A stretch of 64,000 nucleotides of DNA from Gemmatimonadota bacterium. GTDB taxonomy: Bacteria > Gemmatimonadota > Gemmatimonadetes > JACCXV01 > JAHWKZ01. A program made the position numbers and the translations under genes. The notes under the pieces were generated by a model. The model saw only the letters and a program-made list of their open reading frames with translations, was not told where the DNA came from and searched no databases. Shown piece after piece: positions 36,475-46,835 of this stretch; the stretch's first letter is position 1; each line of letters opens with the position of its first letter. The stretch is from contig DATBJO010000026.1 in NCBI GenBank assembly GCA_036556305.1, positions 23,427-87,426 on the forward strand, read 5' to 3'.

Positions 36475-37968
36475 GTGACATTGCGGTCGATGAGCCGTCT
36501 GATTCCGATGATGGCCGTCGCGGTGCTCCTCGCGGGCTGCGCGGCTCCCAAGCCCCGCGTCTCCACCTACGGTCCCCCGCCCAGAGTCACCGAGCCCACG
36601 CCCACGGCCTCGGAGGAGTTCGCCCTCATCGTGGGGGACGAGCTCACTCGTCAGGAGCAGGAGGACCTGGCTGCGATCCGCACGACCCGCTACGACCCGC
36701 CTCCGGGGACGAGCCCGCCCGAGCTGGACGCGGGGCTCGAAGAGCTGTTCGCACAGGAAGGCGCGGCCCTGATCCACGAGAGGGTCGGCTACGACATCCC
36801 GATCGTCCTCAACGATCGCGTCGAGTGGTGGGTCGACTATTTCACGACCCGGATCCCGGATTCCTTCGAACGCTATCTCGTCCGGTCCGGGGCATGGATG
36901 CCGTACCTCAAGGCCCAGCTGCGGGACGCGGGCCTGCCCGAGGACATGGCCTACCTGGCGCTGATCGAGAGCGGGTTCTCGACCCAGGCGGTGAGCCGCG
37001 TCGGCGCGGTGGGGCCGTGGCAGTTCATGCCGTACACCGGGCGTGAATACGGTCTGCGCATCGACCGCTGGGTCGACGAGCGGCGCGACTACGAGAAGTC
37101 CACGCAGGCCGCCATCGCCTATCTCAGCGACCTGCACGCCATGCTCGGGTCGTGGTACCTGGCGGCCGCGGGGTACAACGGGGGTCAGGGACGCGTCGGC
37201 CGGTCGATGATGCGGGACAACACGATCAACTTCTGGGAGCTGACGGGGATCCACGACGAGACGAAGAACTACGTCCCCAAGCTGATCGCCGCGACCCTCA
37301 TCGCGAAGGAGCCGGAACGATACGGCTTCTACGCGGTGCCGTACCTCGAAGAGGTCGAGTGGGAGACGATCACCGTTCCGACGAGCACCGATCTCGGCGT
37401 GATCGCCCGCGCGGCCGAGGTCCCGGTCGAGACGATCCGGGCGCTCAATCCTCATCTCCTGCGCGGCCGCACGCCGCCCGGAGAGGTGAACTTCCCGGTT
37501 CACATCCCGGCCGAGCAGGTCGAGACCTTCACCGAGAACTACTACGAGATCGCGCCCGACGAGCGCATCGGAATCCCCGCCGAGCATCTGGTTCGCGAGG
37601 GCGAGACCGTGACCGGGATCGCCAGCGCGTACGGAGTCGACGCCCGCGATCTCATGGAGCTGAACGGTCTCCGCGATCCCAACGAGATTCCGGCGGGCAC
37701 GGTGCTGCGCATCCCCGGCGGCGCCGAATCCGGCGAGCCGGGTCCGGTCGCGCAGGCGCACGCCTCCGGTCCGCCGGCGGACGGGACGCTCGCGGCTCAA
37801 CCCGAGGTCGAGCAGGAGCCGGAGGCGCGCACACACCGCGTTGCGCGCGGCGAGACGCTGGCCGGGATCTCCCGCGCCTACGGTGTCTCGATCGCAGAGC
37901 TCCGTCGCGTGAACGGGATCCGCGGGGACAAGATCCTGGTGGGCCAGGTCCTGCGCATCCCCCGCTAG
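36475..37968 (+). CDS. MltD-like lytic transglycosylase lipoprotein with two C-terminal LysM domains (paralog of 24126..25520)
   Basis: Lipobox LLAGCA. SLT core MAYLALIESGFSTQAVSRVGAVGPWQFMPYTG...AAAGYNGG. LysM repeats (HLVREGETVTGIASAYGVDARDLMELNGL and HRVARGETLAGISRAYGVSIAELRRVNGI). Confidence 0.8.
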   Translation: MTLRSMSRLIPMMAVAVLLAGCAAPKPRVSTYGPPPRVTEPTPTASEEFALIVGDELTRQEQEDLAAIRTTRYDPPPGTSPPELDAGLEELFAQEGAALIHERVGYDIPIVLNDRVEWWVDYFTTRIPDSFERYLVRSGAWMPYLKAQLRDAGLPEDMAYLALIESGFSTQAVSRVGAVGPWQFMPYTGREYGLRIDRWVDERRDYEKSTQAAIAYLSDLHAMLGSWYLAAAGYNGGQGRVGRSMMRDNTINFWELTGIHDETKNYVPKLIAATLIAKEPERYGFYAVPYLEEVEWETITVPTSTDLGVIARAAEVPVETIRALNPHLLRGRTPPGEVNFPVHIPAEQVETFTENYYEIAPDERIGIPAEHLVREGETVTGIASAYGVDARDLMELNGLRDPNEIPAGTVLRIPGGAESGEPGPVAQAHASGPPADGTLAAQPEVEQEPEARTHRVARGETLAGISRAYGVSIAELRRVNGIRGDKILVGQVLRIPR

Positions 37969-38058
37969 CCCTGCGGGCTCCAGCACGTCCTGTTGGACGC
38001 GTTTGCGGAGCGCCCCGGCCGGTGTCCCCGTCCGGTGAGGGACGCTAGCTTGACCGTG

Positions 38059-39327
38059 ATGCCGCTCACGTCCGCCCCTCCGCTCTCCGTTCACGAAGCC
38101 CAGACGAGAATCCTCGATCGCGTGCGGACGCTCGGCGCCGAGCGTGTTCCGCTGCGGGAGGCGCGCGGTCGCGCGGCGGCGGAGGAGCTGACCTCGTCGC
38201 TCGACCTGCCGCCGTGGGACAACGCGGCGATGGACGGCTACGCGTTGCGCTCCGCGGACGTGGCGCCGGGGGTCGAGCTTACGGTCGGTCTCGATCTTCC
38301 CGCCGGCTCGGCGTCGGGGCTTCGGCTGCCCGAAGGGTCCGCGGCGCGGATCATGACGGGGGCGCCCCTGCCGCTCGGCGCGGACGCCGTTGTCCCGGTG
38401 GAGGCGACGAGCGGTCCTGCAGGCGAAGGACGGTTCGCGGGAGTGGGCGAGCGCGTCCGGTTCGAGGCCGCGCCCGTCGCCGGGGCGCACGTGCGGCGGC
38501 GCGGGGAGGACGTTGGGCGGGGCGACGTCGTCCTCGTCCCGGGCGACGTCCTCGGCCCCGCGCGGATCGCTCTGCTCGCGACCGTCGGGCGGCCGGACGT
38601 CGCGGTCGTCCGCCGGCCGCGGGTCTCGATCCTCTCGACCGGTGACGAGCTCGTCGACGTCGACGAGGCCGGGGCGCCGGACCGGATCGTGAACGGCAAC
38701 GCGTACGGGCTCACGGCACAGGTCGACGAGGCGGGGGGCGACCCGCGCGCGCTGCCCATCGTCCCCGACGAGCCGGGCGCCATTCGCGCCGCGCTCGCTT
38801 CCGCGCTGGAGGCCGACGCCGTGATCACGATCGGCGGCGTCTCGGTCGGCGAGCGTGACCTCGTGCGCGGGGCGCTCGAGGATGCGGGGATCGAGCTCGT
38901 TTTCTGGCGTGTGGCGATCCGCCCGGGGGGGCCGATGGCGTTCGGGACGACCGCCGAGGGCCGCCCGGTGTTCGGCCTGCCCGGCAACCCCGTCAGCGCG
39001 CACGTGACCTTCGAGCTCTTCGCGCGGCCCGCCTTGCTCAAGATGGGCGGACACGCGCGCTGCCTGCGCCGGCCGGTCCGCGCGCGGCTGGCGGAGCCGG
39101 TCTCGACGCGCCCGGAGAAGGCGTGGTACCTGCGCGTGAGGCTGGAGACCGACGGCGCCGGCTGGCGGGCCCGACCCGTCGGGCAACAGGGCTCCGCGAT
39201 TCTCTCCGGGCTCGCGCGCGCCGAAGGCCTCGCGGTCGTGCCGGTCGGCGTCGGCGATCTCCCCGCGGGCTCCGAGGTCGACGTCCTCCCGCTCGACGAG
39301 CGGGCGCTCGCGGCGGAGGCGCCGTGA
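38059..39327 (+). CDS. moeA: Molybdopterin molybdotransferase
   Basis: The MoeA fold is evident ([12 protein letters not shown]...MTGAPLP.GADAVV..E......ILSTGDEL...IVNGNAYGL...[11 protein letters not shown]...GLPGNPVSA). Confidence 0.85.
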   Translation: MPLTSAPPLSVHEAQTRILDRVRTLGAERVPLREARGRAAAEELTSSLDLPPWDNAAMDGYALRSADVAPGVELTVGLDLPAGSASGLRLPEGSAARIMTGAPLPLGADAVVPVEATSGPAGEGRFAGVGERVRFEAAPVAGAHVRRRGEDVGRGDVVLVPGDVLGPARIALLATVGRPDVAVVRRPRVSILSTGDELVDVDEAGAPDRIVNGNAYGLTAQVDEAGGDPRALPIVPDEPGAIRAALASALEADAVITIGGVSVGERDLVRGALEDAGIELVFWRVAIRPGGPMAFGTTAEGRPVFGLPGNPVSAHVTFELFARPALLKMGGHARCLRRPVRARLAEPVSTRPEKAWYLRVRLETDGAGWRARPVGQQGSAILSGLARAEGLAVVPVGVGDLPAGSEVDVLPLDERALAAEAP

Positions 39328-40334
39328 CGAGCGACCTGCGGACGGCGAGCAAAGCGGCGATCAAGCTGTTCCGCTGGGCCGAGCGGGTGACGATCACGAC
39401 GCACGTTCAGCCCGACGGCGACGGCATCGGCTCGGAGGTCGCGCTCGCGCACTGGCTCCGGGCGCAGGGCAAGACCGCCACGATCATGAACCCGCACCCC
39501 GCCCCGCGGCGCTTCCGGTTCCTCGAGAAGGACATCGCCGCTCCGGGCTTCGACCCGGAGACCGCGGAGCGCTTGCTCGCGGAGTCGGACGTCCTGGCCG
39601 TGCTCGACATCTCGGTGCCCGCGCGACTCGGTCCACTCGAGCCGTTCGTGCGCGAATACCGGGGGGAGATCGTGGTCATCGATCATCACCTCGGGCCGAC
39701 GGGATTCCGCGGCGTCGATTGCCGGGACACGTCCGCAGCGGCCACGGCCGAGCTGCTCCACGATCTGCTCGTCGAGTGGGGCGCCGAGATCACTCCCGAG
39801 ATGGCAACCGCCCTCTACGCGGCGATCGCCTACGACACCGGCGGGTTCCGCTACTCCAACACGACCGCGCGCACGCACCGGACGGCGGCGGACCTGATCG
39901 GGCACGGGGCCGACATCCACGAGATCAATCAGCGCGTGTTCGAGTCGGTCTCTCCGACGCGCGCCCGGCTCCTGTCGCGCGTGTTCGGCGAGTTCCACCT
40001 GGAGGAGGGCGGGCGGCTTGCTTGGATCTCGCTGTCGAGCGATCTCATGGAGGAGGCCGGCGCCGAGGCCGAGGACGTCGAGGGGGTCGTCGAATCGCTG
40101 CGCTCTCTCGAGCACGTCGAGATGGCGATCCTGTTCAAGGAGATCGACAAGGGCGCGACGAAGGTTTCGTTCCGCTCGGCGGGCGAAGTGGACGTGAGCC
40201 GCCTCGCCGGACGGTTCGGCGGCGGCGGTCACAAGAACGCCGCGGGCGCGTTCCTCAAGCGGCCGCTGGCCGTCGTGGTCGAGGACGTTCTCACCGCCGC
40301 ACGCGAGTCGTTCGCGGTCGAGCGGGTCGGCTGA
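39324..40334 (+). CDS. nrnA: DHH-family phosphoesterase (NrnA-like bifunctional oligoribonuclease / pAp phosphatase)
   Basis: [17 protein letters not shown] (DHH motif) and C-terminal DHHA1 [11 protein letters not shown]. The GTG start overlaps the moeA stop codon (GTGA). Confidence 0.8.
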   Translation: MTSDLRTASKAAIKLFRWAERVTITTHVQPDGDGIGSEVALAHWLRAQGKTATIMNPHPAPRRFRFLEKDIAAPGFDPETAERLLAESDVLAVLDISVPARLGPLEPFVREYRGEIVVIDHHLGPTGFRGVDCRDTSAAATAELLHDLLVEWGAEITPEMATALYAAIAYDTGGFRYSNTTARTHRTAADLIGHGADIHEINQRVFESVSPTRARLLSRVFGEFHLEEGGRLAWISLSSDLMEEAGAEAEDVEGVVESLRSLEHVEMAILFKEIDKGATKVSFRSAGEVDVSRLAGRFGGGGHKNAAGAFLKRPLAVVVEDVLTAARESFAVERVG

Positions 40335-40354
40335 GGCTTCCGGCAAGGAGGAGC

Positions 40355-41479
40355 ATGGAGAAGAAGCGCTGGCTCTCGGGACCGTCGATCCGGCCCGAAC
40401 CGATCGCCTCCGGAATGTCGGCCGCCGACCTCGTGGAGAACGCCTACCTGGCCTACAACGGGGGCCGTCTCCGCGAAGCCTGCGAGCTGTACACGAGGAA
40501 GATGCTCGCCGACGACGCGCTCGTCGGGATGTCGCTGACGGGCGCGCTGACCCCCGCCGGGATCGGAATGACGTGCCTGATACCGCTGGTCGAGTCCGGA
40601 TTCGTGGACTGGATCGTCTCGACGGGCGCGAACCTGTACCACGACACCCACTTCGGAATCGGCCTCGAGATGCACCGCGGGCGTCCGCACCTCGATGACA
40701 CGATCCTGCGCGAGGCCGGAGTGGTCCGGATCTACGACATCCTGTTCGACTATGAGGTCCTGCTCGAGACCGACGCCTTCTTCCGTCGCATCATGACCGC
40801 CCCCGAGTTCCAGAAGGAGATGGGGACGGCGGAGTTCCACTGGCTGTGCGGGAAGTACGTGGCCGAGCGCGAGGTCGCGCTGGGGCGCAAGGGCACGTCG
40901 CTCCTCGCCGCCGCATACCGGCACGGCGTCCCCGTCTACACCTCGTCGCCCGGCGACTCGTCGATCGGCATGAACGTGGCCGAGCTCGAGCTCCGCGGGA
41001 GCCGGCTGCGCATCGATCCGTCGCGCGACGTCAACGAGACGGCGGCCATCGTCTGGGACGCCAAGAGCGCGGGCGGGAAGAGCGGCGTCCTCATCCTGGG
41101 CGGCGGGTCGCCCAAGAACTTCGTGCTCCAGACCGAGCCTCAGATCCAGGAGGTGCTCGGCCTCGAAGAGGCGGGGCACGACTACTACCTGCAGATCACC
41201 GACGCGCGGCCCGACACCGGCGGGCTCTCCGGCGCGACCCCGGGCGAAGCGGTCTCGTGGGGGAAGGTCGACCCCGAGAAGCTGCCGGACGCGGTCGTCT
41301 GCTACGCGGACACGACGATCGCCCTGCCCCTGCTGACGGCCTACGCGTTCGACCGGCACGCCCCGCGCGAGCCGCGGCGGCTGTTCGATCGGCGCGAAGA
41401 GATGTACGATCGGCTGGTGACCGCGTATCGCGAGAAAGCGGGCTCGCGCGAGCCCGGGGAGGTCGTGGAAGCCGGATGA
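40355..41479 (+). CDS. Deoxyhypusine synthase-like (homospermidine synthase-like) family protein
   Basis: 374 aa. Typical DHS-like blocks ([30 protein letters not shown]). Preceded by the Shine-Dalgarno sequence AAGGAGGA. Confidence 0.75.
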   Translation: MEKKRWLSGPSIRPEPIASGMSAADLVENAYLAYNGGRLREACELYTRKMLADDALVGMSLTGALTPAGIGMTCLIPLVESGFVDWIVSTGANLYHDTHFGIGLEMHRGRPHLDDTILREAGVVRIYDILFDYEVLLETDAFFRRIMTAPEFQKEMGTAEFHWLCGKYVAEREVALGRKGTSLLAAAYRHGVPVYTSSPGDSSIGMNVAELELRGSRLRIDPSRDVNETAAIVWDAKSAGGKSGVLILGGGSPKNFVLQTEPQIQEVLGLEEAGHDYYLQITDARPDTGGLSGATPGEAVSWGKVDPEKLPDAVVCYADTTIALPLLTAYAFDRHAPREPRRLFDRREEMYDRLVTAYREKAGSREPGEVVEAG

Positions 41480-41823
41480 TCCGCCTGGCCGACCCGCTGG
41501 ATCGTCCCGGCAGCGCCCGGGAGTTTCGCTGCACGGTGCACGGCCTCTGCTTCGAGAATCGATACCTGCTGCTGGAGAGGATCCACGCCGGCGATCCGCT
41601 CGTCCTGCATCGCGAACCGGACAACGCGATCGGCGCGGACGCGATCCAGGTCCAGACCGCGGCCACGCAGACGATCGGCTACGTCCCGCGGACGATCTCG
41701 TGCTGGCTCGCGCCGCTCATGGACTCGGGACATCGCGCGGTGGCGTCGGTGGTCAAGGTCCGCTCGGATTGCCCGTTCTACGAGAGGCTGATCATCGAAG
41801 TCCTCATCGACCCCGGTCGCTGA
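41476..41823 (+). CDS. HIRAN domain protein
   Basis: 115 aa. [32 protein letters not shown]......IGYVPR is a HIRAN-like core. ATGA overlap with the upstream gene. Confidence 0.6.
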   Translation: MIRLADPLDRPGSAREFRCTVHGLCFENRYLLLERIHAGDPLVLHREPDNAIGADAIQVQTAATQTIGYVPRTISCWLAPLMDSGHRAVASVVKVRSDCPFYERLIIEVLIDPGR

Positions 41824-41850
41824 AAACGCATCTTCGATCAACCGTATGGA

Positions 41851-41879
41851 TTCATGCGAAGAAGCCCCCGGCATGGAGC
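41851..41879. terminator. Bidirectional intrinsic terminator-like hairpin (GAAGCCCCCGGC-atgga-GCCGGGGGCTTC) between the convergent HIRAN and Hsp20 genes
   Basis: A perfect 12-bp inverted repeat seen directly in the sequence, placed between two convergent stop codons. Confidence 0.5.
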
Positions 41880-41929
41880 CGGGGGCTTCGGTTCTCGCGA
41901 CCTTTCGGTCGCGCCGAATCTCGGTCGAT

Positions 41930-42391
41930 TCAGCCTTCGATCCGCTTCTTCGACCCGCCCTCGATCGCGATCTCGCGCGCCTTCGCCTCCTCGCGGCGCG
42001 GCAGCGTGATGACGAGCACGCCGTCCTGGAGCGACGCCTTGACGTTCTCGGCGTCGATGTGGGTCGGGAGCGTGAAGGACCGCTCGAACGCGCCGAACGA
42101 CCGCTCGGTGCGATGGAACGTTTCGTTTTCGCTCGAGGTCTCCTGGACCTTCTCGCCACGCACGGTCAGCGTGCCGTGCTCGACCGCGATCTTGAGCTGG
42201 TCACGAGAGAGGCCCGGAACCTCGAGGCGCAGGGTCAGCGCCTCGGGCGTTTCCGAGACGTCGGTGGCCGGGAGCCACTGGCGCAGGTTCTCGCCGCGGC
42301 CCCAGGCGCCCATGGCGTCGTCGAGAAACCGGTCGAGATCCCGGTGCAGCGAGAAGACGCCGGAGGGGCGATATCGGGTCACGTAGTTCAT
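41930..42391 (-). CDS. Hsp20/alpha-crystallin family small heat shock protein
   Basis: Alpha-crystallin domain (ETPEALTLRLEVPGLSRDQLKIAVEHGTLTVRGEK....ERSFGAFERSFTLP...GVLVITLPR). AGGAGG lies 7 nt upstream of the ATG. Confidence 0.85.
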   Translation of the reverse strand: MNYVTRYRPSGVFSLHRDLDRFLDDAMGAWGRGENLRQWLPATDVSETPEALTLRLEVPGLSRDQLKIAVEHGTLTVRGEKVQETSSENETFHRTERSFGAFERSFTLPTHIDAENVKASLQDGVLVITLPRREEAKAREIAIEGGSKKRIEG

Positions 42392-42594
42392 GGAATGCCT
42401 CCTGTTGGCTTGACTGTCTCCGTGTTGCCTGAGCGTCGGCGCCTTGGAATCGGCCCGCGCTCGCGACACACGGAAAGCAATCCCCGTACCAGGCCCGATC
42501 TGTCAGAATTGCGAAAAAAGGCTGCCGGAGCGGCAGGAAATCGCGCCGTGACCGCCGAAGCGAACGGCGGAATCGTGGCCGCCGGGTGAGCGCT

Positions 42595-43107
42595 CTACTG
42601 CAGCGGGAGTTCCAGGGTCTCCGCCCCGGGCCGGTCTGCCCGACTGGCAGTCGAGTCCGGCTCGGGTCGCTCGGTCAGCCAGCGAGGCTCGATCCCCTCG
42701 ACGAGAAAACCGATCAGCTGGCGCACGAGCCGCGCCACGTCGGGCGTCGATTCGCCGAACGGGTGCGAGGCATGGTGCTCGGCGCGGTGCAGGGTCCCGA
42801 GGGTCGCGTGCCCGAAGACGAAGTGTACGTAGGACTGTTCCTCGAGCGCAGTGATCCGCACTTCCCGCTCGGTCGGCTCGTAGCGGAGCCTCACACCGGT
42901 CGTGCCGATCGTCTCCGTGACGATCTCGGGGATCCGCCCGAGCACGTCGACGATCTCGGCGAGCAGATCGTCGTAGCGCTCCTGAAAAGAGGCGTCGGCG
43001 TCGGGAGCCGCGCTCTTTCGCTCTTCGCGCGACGTGACCCGCTCGCGCAGCTCGCGGACGAGCGCCGCCCGGTCGGACGGGTCCGGCGGATCCGTCGGGG
43101 GCACCAT
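42595..43107 (-). CDS. Hypothetical protein
   Basis: 170-aa ORF divergent from the SDR gene. No family was recognised. The coding status is uncertain. Confidence 0.35.
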   Translation of the reverse strand: MVPPTDPPDPSDRAALVRELRERVTSREERKSAAPDADASFQERYDDLLAEIVDVLGRIPEIVTETIGTTGVRLRYEPTEREVRITALEEQSYVHFVFGHATLGTLHRAEHHASHPFGESTPDVARLVRQLIGFLVEGIEPRWLTERPEPDSTASRADRPGAETLELPLQ

Positions 43108-43180
43108 GCGGCGGAGTCTAGGCCGCGTTTCCGGGGGGCGTCAATGGCGCGTGCACCGCGTTTTTCGCGAGTTTAGAGGG

Positions 43181-43924
43181 ATGATCGACTTCGAAGGCAG
43201 GACCGTCCTCGTCACCGGCGGATCGCGCGGGATCGGCGCGGCGTGCGTGCGTCTGTTTTCCGGGCTCGGAGCGAACGTGGGATTCACGTGGCGGTCGAGC
43301 GAGGCCGAAGCCAGGGTGCTGGAGCAGGAATGCGCCGGCCGCGCGCGCGGCTGGCGCGCCGAGGCGACCGACGTCGACGCGACCGCGGCCTTCGTCCGCG
43401 CGGCCGAAGAGCTGTGGGGCGGCGTGGATACCGCGATCGCCAACGCCGGGATCTGGAAGGGCGCCCCGGTCGAGCGCATGACGGTCGAGGAGTGGCGAGA
43501 GACTCTCGACGTCAACCTGGGCGGGACGTGGCTCCTCTGCCGCGAGGCCCTTCCCGCGCTGCGGCGCCGGGGCGGCGGGTCGATCGTCGTCGTCACCTCG
43601 ACGGCGGGACAGCGCGGGGAGGCGTTCCACTCGCACTACGCCGCGTCGAAGGGCGGCCAGATCTCGCTGATCAAATCGCTCGCGGTCGAGTGCGCCCCGG
43701 CCGTCCGCGTGAACGGGGTCGCGCCGGGGTGGGTGGACACCGACATGAGCGCCGGTCCTCTGACGGGAGAAGAGCGGGCCGGGATCCTGGCCGCGATTCC
43801 GCTCGGGCGCGCGGCATCGGCGGAGGACATCGCCGACGCGATCGCGTTTCTCGCGAGCGACCGCGCGCGGCACATCACGGGCGAGATCCTGAACGTCAAC
43901 GGAGGCTCGGTGCTGTGCGGCTGA
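43181..43924 (+). CDS. SDR family oxidoreductase (FabG-like)
   Basis: TGGSRGIG glycine motif, NAG, and a catalytic YxxxK (YAASKGG). Confidence 0.85.
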   Translation: MIDFEGRTVLVTGGSRGIGAACVRLFSGLGANVGFTWRSSEAEARVLEQECAGRARGWRAEATDVDATAAFVRAAEELWGGVDTAIANAGIWKGAPVERMTVEEWRETLDVNLGGTWLLCREALPALRRRGGGSIVVVTSTAGQRGEAFHSHYAASKGGQISLIKSLAVECAPAVRVNGVAPGWVDTDMSAGPLTGEERAGILAAIPLGRAASAEDIADAIAFLASDRARHITGEILNVNGGSVLCG

Positions 43925-44811
43925 AGACAGCCGTCGCGCGCGGCGTGACGGCCGGGATCCAGCGCGCGCCCCGCGTCCTCACGCGTCCGGTCGCCTCGCT
44001 GGTCGGTGCGCTCCTGTGGGCGGGGTTCGACCGCCACGTCGCCGACGAGAACCTCGAGCGCGTCTACCCCGACTGGACCCCGGGACGCCGGCGCCGAACC
44101 GCATTCCGGTCGTACGCGCGCATGGCTCGCTCGCTCGTCGAATTCCTCCACACGCCGAAGTATTCAGACGCCGAGATACGAGAACGTGTGACCCTCGAGA
44201 ACGAAGGCGCTCTGGAGGAGGCGCTGGAAGGCGGTCGCGGCGCGATCCTGCTCTCGGGCCACATCGGGAACTGGGAGTGGCTGGCCCGCAGGGTCGCCGC
44301 GGCTGGACACCCGCTCGCGGTCCTGTTCAAGGAGCCGGACGATCCAGTCCTCGCCGAGCGTCTCAGGCGCACGCGCGCGACCGCGGGAATCGAGCAGATC
44401 GATCACGACGACATGCGAGGGGCCGCGCGCTGGCTCCGCAAGGGCAAGGTCCTGGGGATCGTGATGGACCAGGAGCCGCGTCGGTCCGCGGACGGCGTCG
44501 TCGCACCGCTCTTCGGCCAGCCGACGATGACCCACGTGGGACCGTTCCGGCTCGCGCGCATGTCGGGCGCGCCGCTCCTGACGTTCTTCTCCCGCGCCAC
44601 GAGCGGCGGGCGGTACTCCGCGCGGATCGAGCTGCTGCCGGCGAGCGATACCGAGGACCCCGAGGTCGCCATGTCCGAGGACGCCGCGCGCTTCAACGCG
44701 CGGCTCGAGGCCGCCGTGCGCGCGGATCCCGAGCACTGGATGTGGATGTACAGACGCTGGGCCCGGATCGATCGCCGCGCGCGCGCCGGGCGGCAGGCGG
44801 CCGGCGACTAG
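43915..44811 (+). CDS. Lysophospholipid acyltransferase (LPLAT) family protein, lipid A late acyltransferase-like
   Basis: HX4D-type motif SGHIGNWEW...VLFKEPD......MDQEP. The GTG start overlaps the end of the SDR gene. Confidence 0.7.
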   Translation: MRLKTAVARGVTAGIQRAPRVLTRPVASLVGALLWAGFDRHVADENLERVYPDWTPGRRRRTAFRSYARMARSLVEFLHTPKYSDAEIRERVTLENEGALEEALEGGRGAILLSGHIGNWEWLARRVAAAGHPLAVLFKEPDDPVLAERLRRTRATAGIEQIDHDDMRGAARWLRKGKVLGIVMDQEPRRSADGVVAPLFGQPTMTHVGPFRLARMSGAPLLTFFSRATSGGRYSARIELLPASDTEDPEVAMSEDAARFNARLEAAVRADPEHWMWMYRRWARIDRRARAGRQAAGD

Positions 44812-45776
44812 GAGCGGCCGGCGAGTGGCGGCTCCTCACGCAGCGCGCGCGCGACGCGTCCGGCGTACGCCTCGGCCAGGCGTCGCGTGCGCGCGCCGGG
44901 GACCGGGGCCCGGAAGGCGCGGTCGTCCAACGCGGCCACCGGCATGACCCCCGCGCTGGTGAAGGAGAGGAAGCACTCGTCGGCCGCGGCCACGATCGTC
45001 GGCGGATACCGTCCCTCGACCGTGCGAAAGCCGCAGGCGGGCGCGAGGTCGAGCACGACGTCGCGGGTGATCCCGGGGAGGATGCCGCATTCGGGCCCGG
45101 GCGTGTGCAGCGTGTCGGCCTCGAAGAAAAAGAGGTTCGACGCCGTGCCCTCGAGCGCCCAGCCGTCCCGGTGGACGAGGACCGCGTCGTCGAAGCCGGC
45201 CTCCCGCGCGGCCCGGCGCGCGCGCGCATGGACGAGCTTTTGGGTGTGCTTGACGGCGGGCAGGTACGGGAGGACCCGCTCCGGGTGGCACGCGAGCCGC
45301 CACGGCGGTGTATCCGGGTCGGTCCATGGTGGGAGGGGCTCCACCCAGGCGAGCGAGGAGGGTCCGCGCGTCCCGACACCCGCGGTCCGGTACAGGCGCG
45401 CGATGCCGTCGTTGCGATCACCGAGGAGCCGTCCGAGGAGACCGCGCGCCTCCTCCTCCGACCAGACCTCGCCCAGGTCGAGGGCTCGCGCCGACGCCGC
45501 CAGCCGCTCGAGGTGTCGGGCCAGGAACAGCGGCCGCCGGTCGACGATCTTGACGCCCTCGTAGACCGCCTCGCCGAACAGGAAACCGCGGTCCCGCGCT
45601 TCGAGCGCGGGCTCTTCGAGCGGCTGGAAGCGGCCGTCGACCCAAACGTCCAGGGGACCCCGATGCGCTGGAATTTCTGGAGCCGACCGCGCTTCGTGCC
45701 CGAGCCCGACGTCGAGGAGCTCGCGCACGGACACCCGGCGGAGGGCCTGGCGCTCGCGATGCTGGAGAACCCGCAC
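44808..45776 (-). CDS. Class IV aminotransferase family protein (branched-chain amino acid aminotransferase / aminodeoxychorismate lyase-like)
   Basis: VWVDGRFQPLEEPALEARDRGFLFGEAVYEGVKI..., and later EGTASNLFFF....LHTP......LPGITR. The true start is probably downstream of the first Met (a GTG near 45731). Otherwise the gene would overlap the divergent M50 protease gene. Confidence 0.65.
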   Translation of the reverse strand: MRVLQHRERQALRRVSVRELLDVGLGHEARSAPEIPAHRGPLDVWVDGRFQPLEEPALEARDRGFLFGEAVYEGVKIVDRRPLFLARHLERLAASARALDLGEVWSEEEARGLLGRLLGDRNDGIARLYRTAGVGTRGPSSLAWVEPLPPWTDPDTPPWRLACHPERVLPYLPAVKHTQKLVHARARRAAREAGFDDAVLVHRDGWALEGTASNLFFFEADTLHTPGPECGILPGITRDVVLDLAPACGFRTVEGRYPPTIVAAADECFLSFTSAGVMPVAALDDRAFRAPVPGARTRRLAEAYAGRVARALREEPPLAGRS

Positions 45777-46787
45777 GCCTTCCGCGTCGGCGGCGAGCGA
45801 ATCCTGCGTGGCTGGCTAAGCTACGATTCGCCCGAGACCCGCGCCCGCCTCGAAACGGATCTCGGCCGGCTCGACGTGTCGTGGTTCTACGAGCGCGTGG
45901 ACGGCCGCACGCGTGTTACCGTCACGCATCCCGCGGCGCCGGCGGTTCGGCCGGAATGGCCCTGGAATCTGATCGCGTTCGTCCTGACCGCGCTCTCGAC
46001 GCTGATCGCCGGGGCCTACCTGGAAGGCGCGCCGCTCGACTTCCCGCTCCGCGACCCGGGCCGGATCGCGGCGGGGATCCCGTTCGCCGCGACGCTCCTC
46101 GGGATCCTCGCGGCCCACGAGTTCGGCCACTGGTTCGCGGCGCGGAGGTACGGCCTCGACGTGACGCTTCCATTCTTCATCCCCTTGCCCCTCCTGTCGC
46201 CCATCGGGACCCTGGGGGCCGTGATCAAGATGAAGACGCCGATCTACACGCGGAGGATGCTGCTCGACGTCGGGGCGGCCGGTCCGCTGGCGGGTCTCGC
46301 GGTCGCGATCCCGGTTTCGATCTGGGGCGTGGCGCACTCGCCGGTGCTCCCGGCGCAGACCGGGGCCGGGATCCTGCTCGGCGAGCCGCTCGTCTTCAAG
46401 GCGATCATCGCGCTCTTCGGTCCGCCGATCGCGGACGGACAGGAGCTCTACCTCAGCAACGTCGCGTTCAGCGGATGGATCGGTCTCCTCGTCACCGCCC
46501 TCAACATGCTGCCGGTCGGGCAGCTGGACGGGGGTCACGTCGTCTACTCGCTGCTCGGCCGCCGCCAGCACGCGATCGGGTGGCTATTCTTCGTCGCGAT
46601 CCTGATCATGGGCTGGTGGTGGCAGGGGTGGTACGTGTGGGCGGCGCTGATCCTGGTCCTGATCCGCATCCGGCATCCCTCGGTGCTCGATCCTCACCTC
46701 GAGCTCGACCCGGCGCGGAAGGCGGCGGGGTGGCTGGCGGTGGCGGCGTTCGTTCTGTGTTTTACGCCCGTGCCGTTCGCCCTCTGA
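45663..46787 (+). CDS. Site-2 protease family (M50) membrane metalloprotease
   Basis: HEFGHWFAARRYG zinc motif inside a polytopic membrane protein. The start is ambiguous (45663 or a Met at 45759). Confidence 0.75.
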   Translation: MRWNFWSRPRFVPEPDVEELAHGHPAEGLALAMLENPHAFRVGGERILRGWLSYDSPETRARLETDLGRLDVSWFYERVDGRTRVTVTHPAAPAVRPEWPWNLIAFVLTALSTLIAGAYLEGAPLDFPLRDPGRIAAGIPFAATLLGILAAHEFGHWFAARRYGLDVTLPFFIPLPLLSPIGTLGAVIKMKTPIYTRRMLLDVGAAGPLAGLAVAIPVSIWGVAHSPVLPAQTGAGILLGEPLVFKAIIALFGPPIADGQELYLSNVAFSGWIGLLVTALNMLPVGQLDGGHVVYSLLGRRQHAIGWLFFVAILIMGWWWQGWYVWAALILVLIRIRHPSVLDPHLELDPARKAAGWLAVAAFVLCFTPVPFAL

Positions 46788-46835
46788 TTCTGGAGTGAAG
46801 CCAGCCTGAGGCGTCAGCCCTGACGATCCGGGACC

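Noticed and set aside
45663-45776. Apparent 113-bp head-to-head overlap between the class IV aminotransferase (minus strand) and the M50 protease (plus strand)
   Set aside because: Most likely a start-codon artifact. The aminotransferase conserved N-terminus (VWVDGRF) begins about 40 codons after the first Met, and a GTG near 45731 is available. The protease may also start at the Met at 45759.
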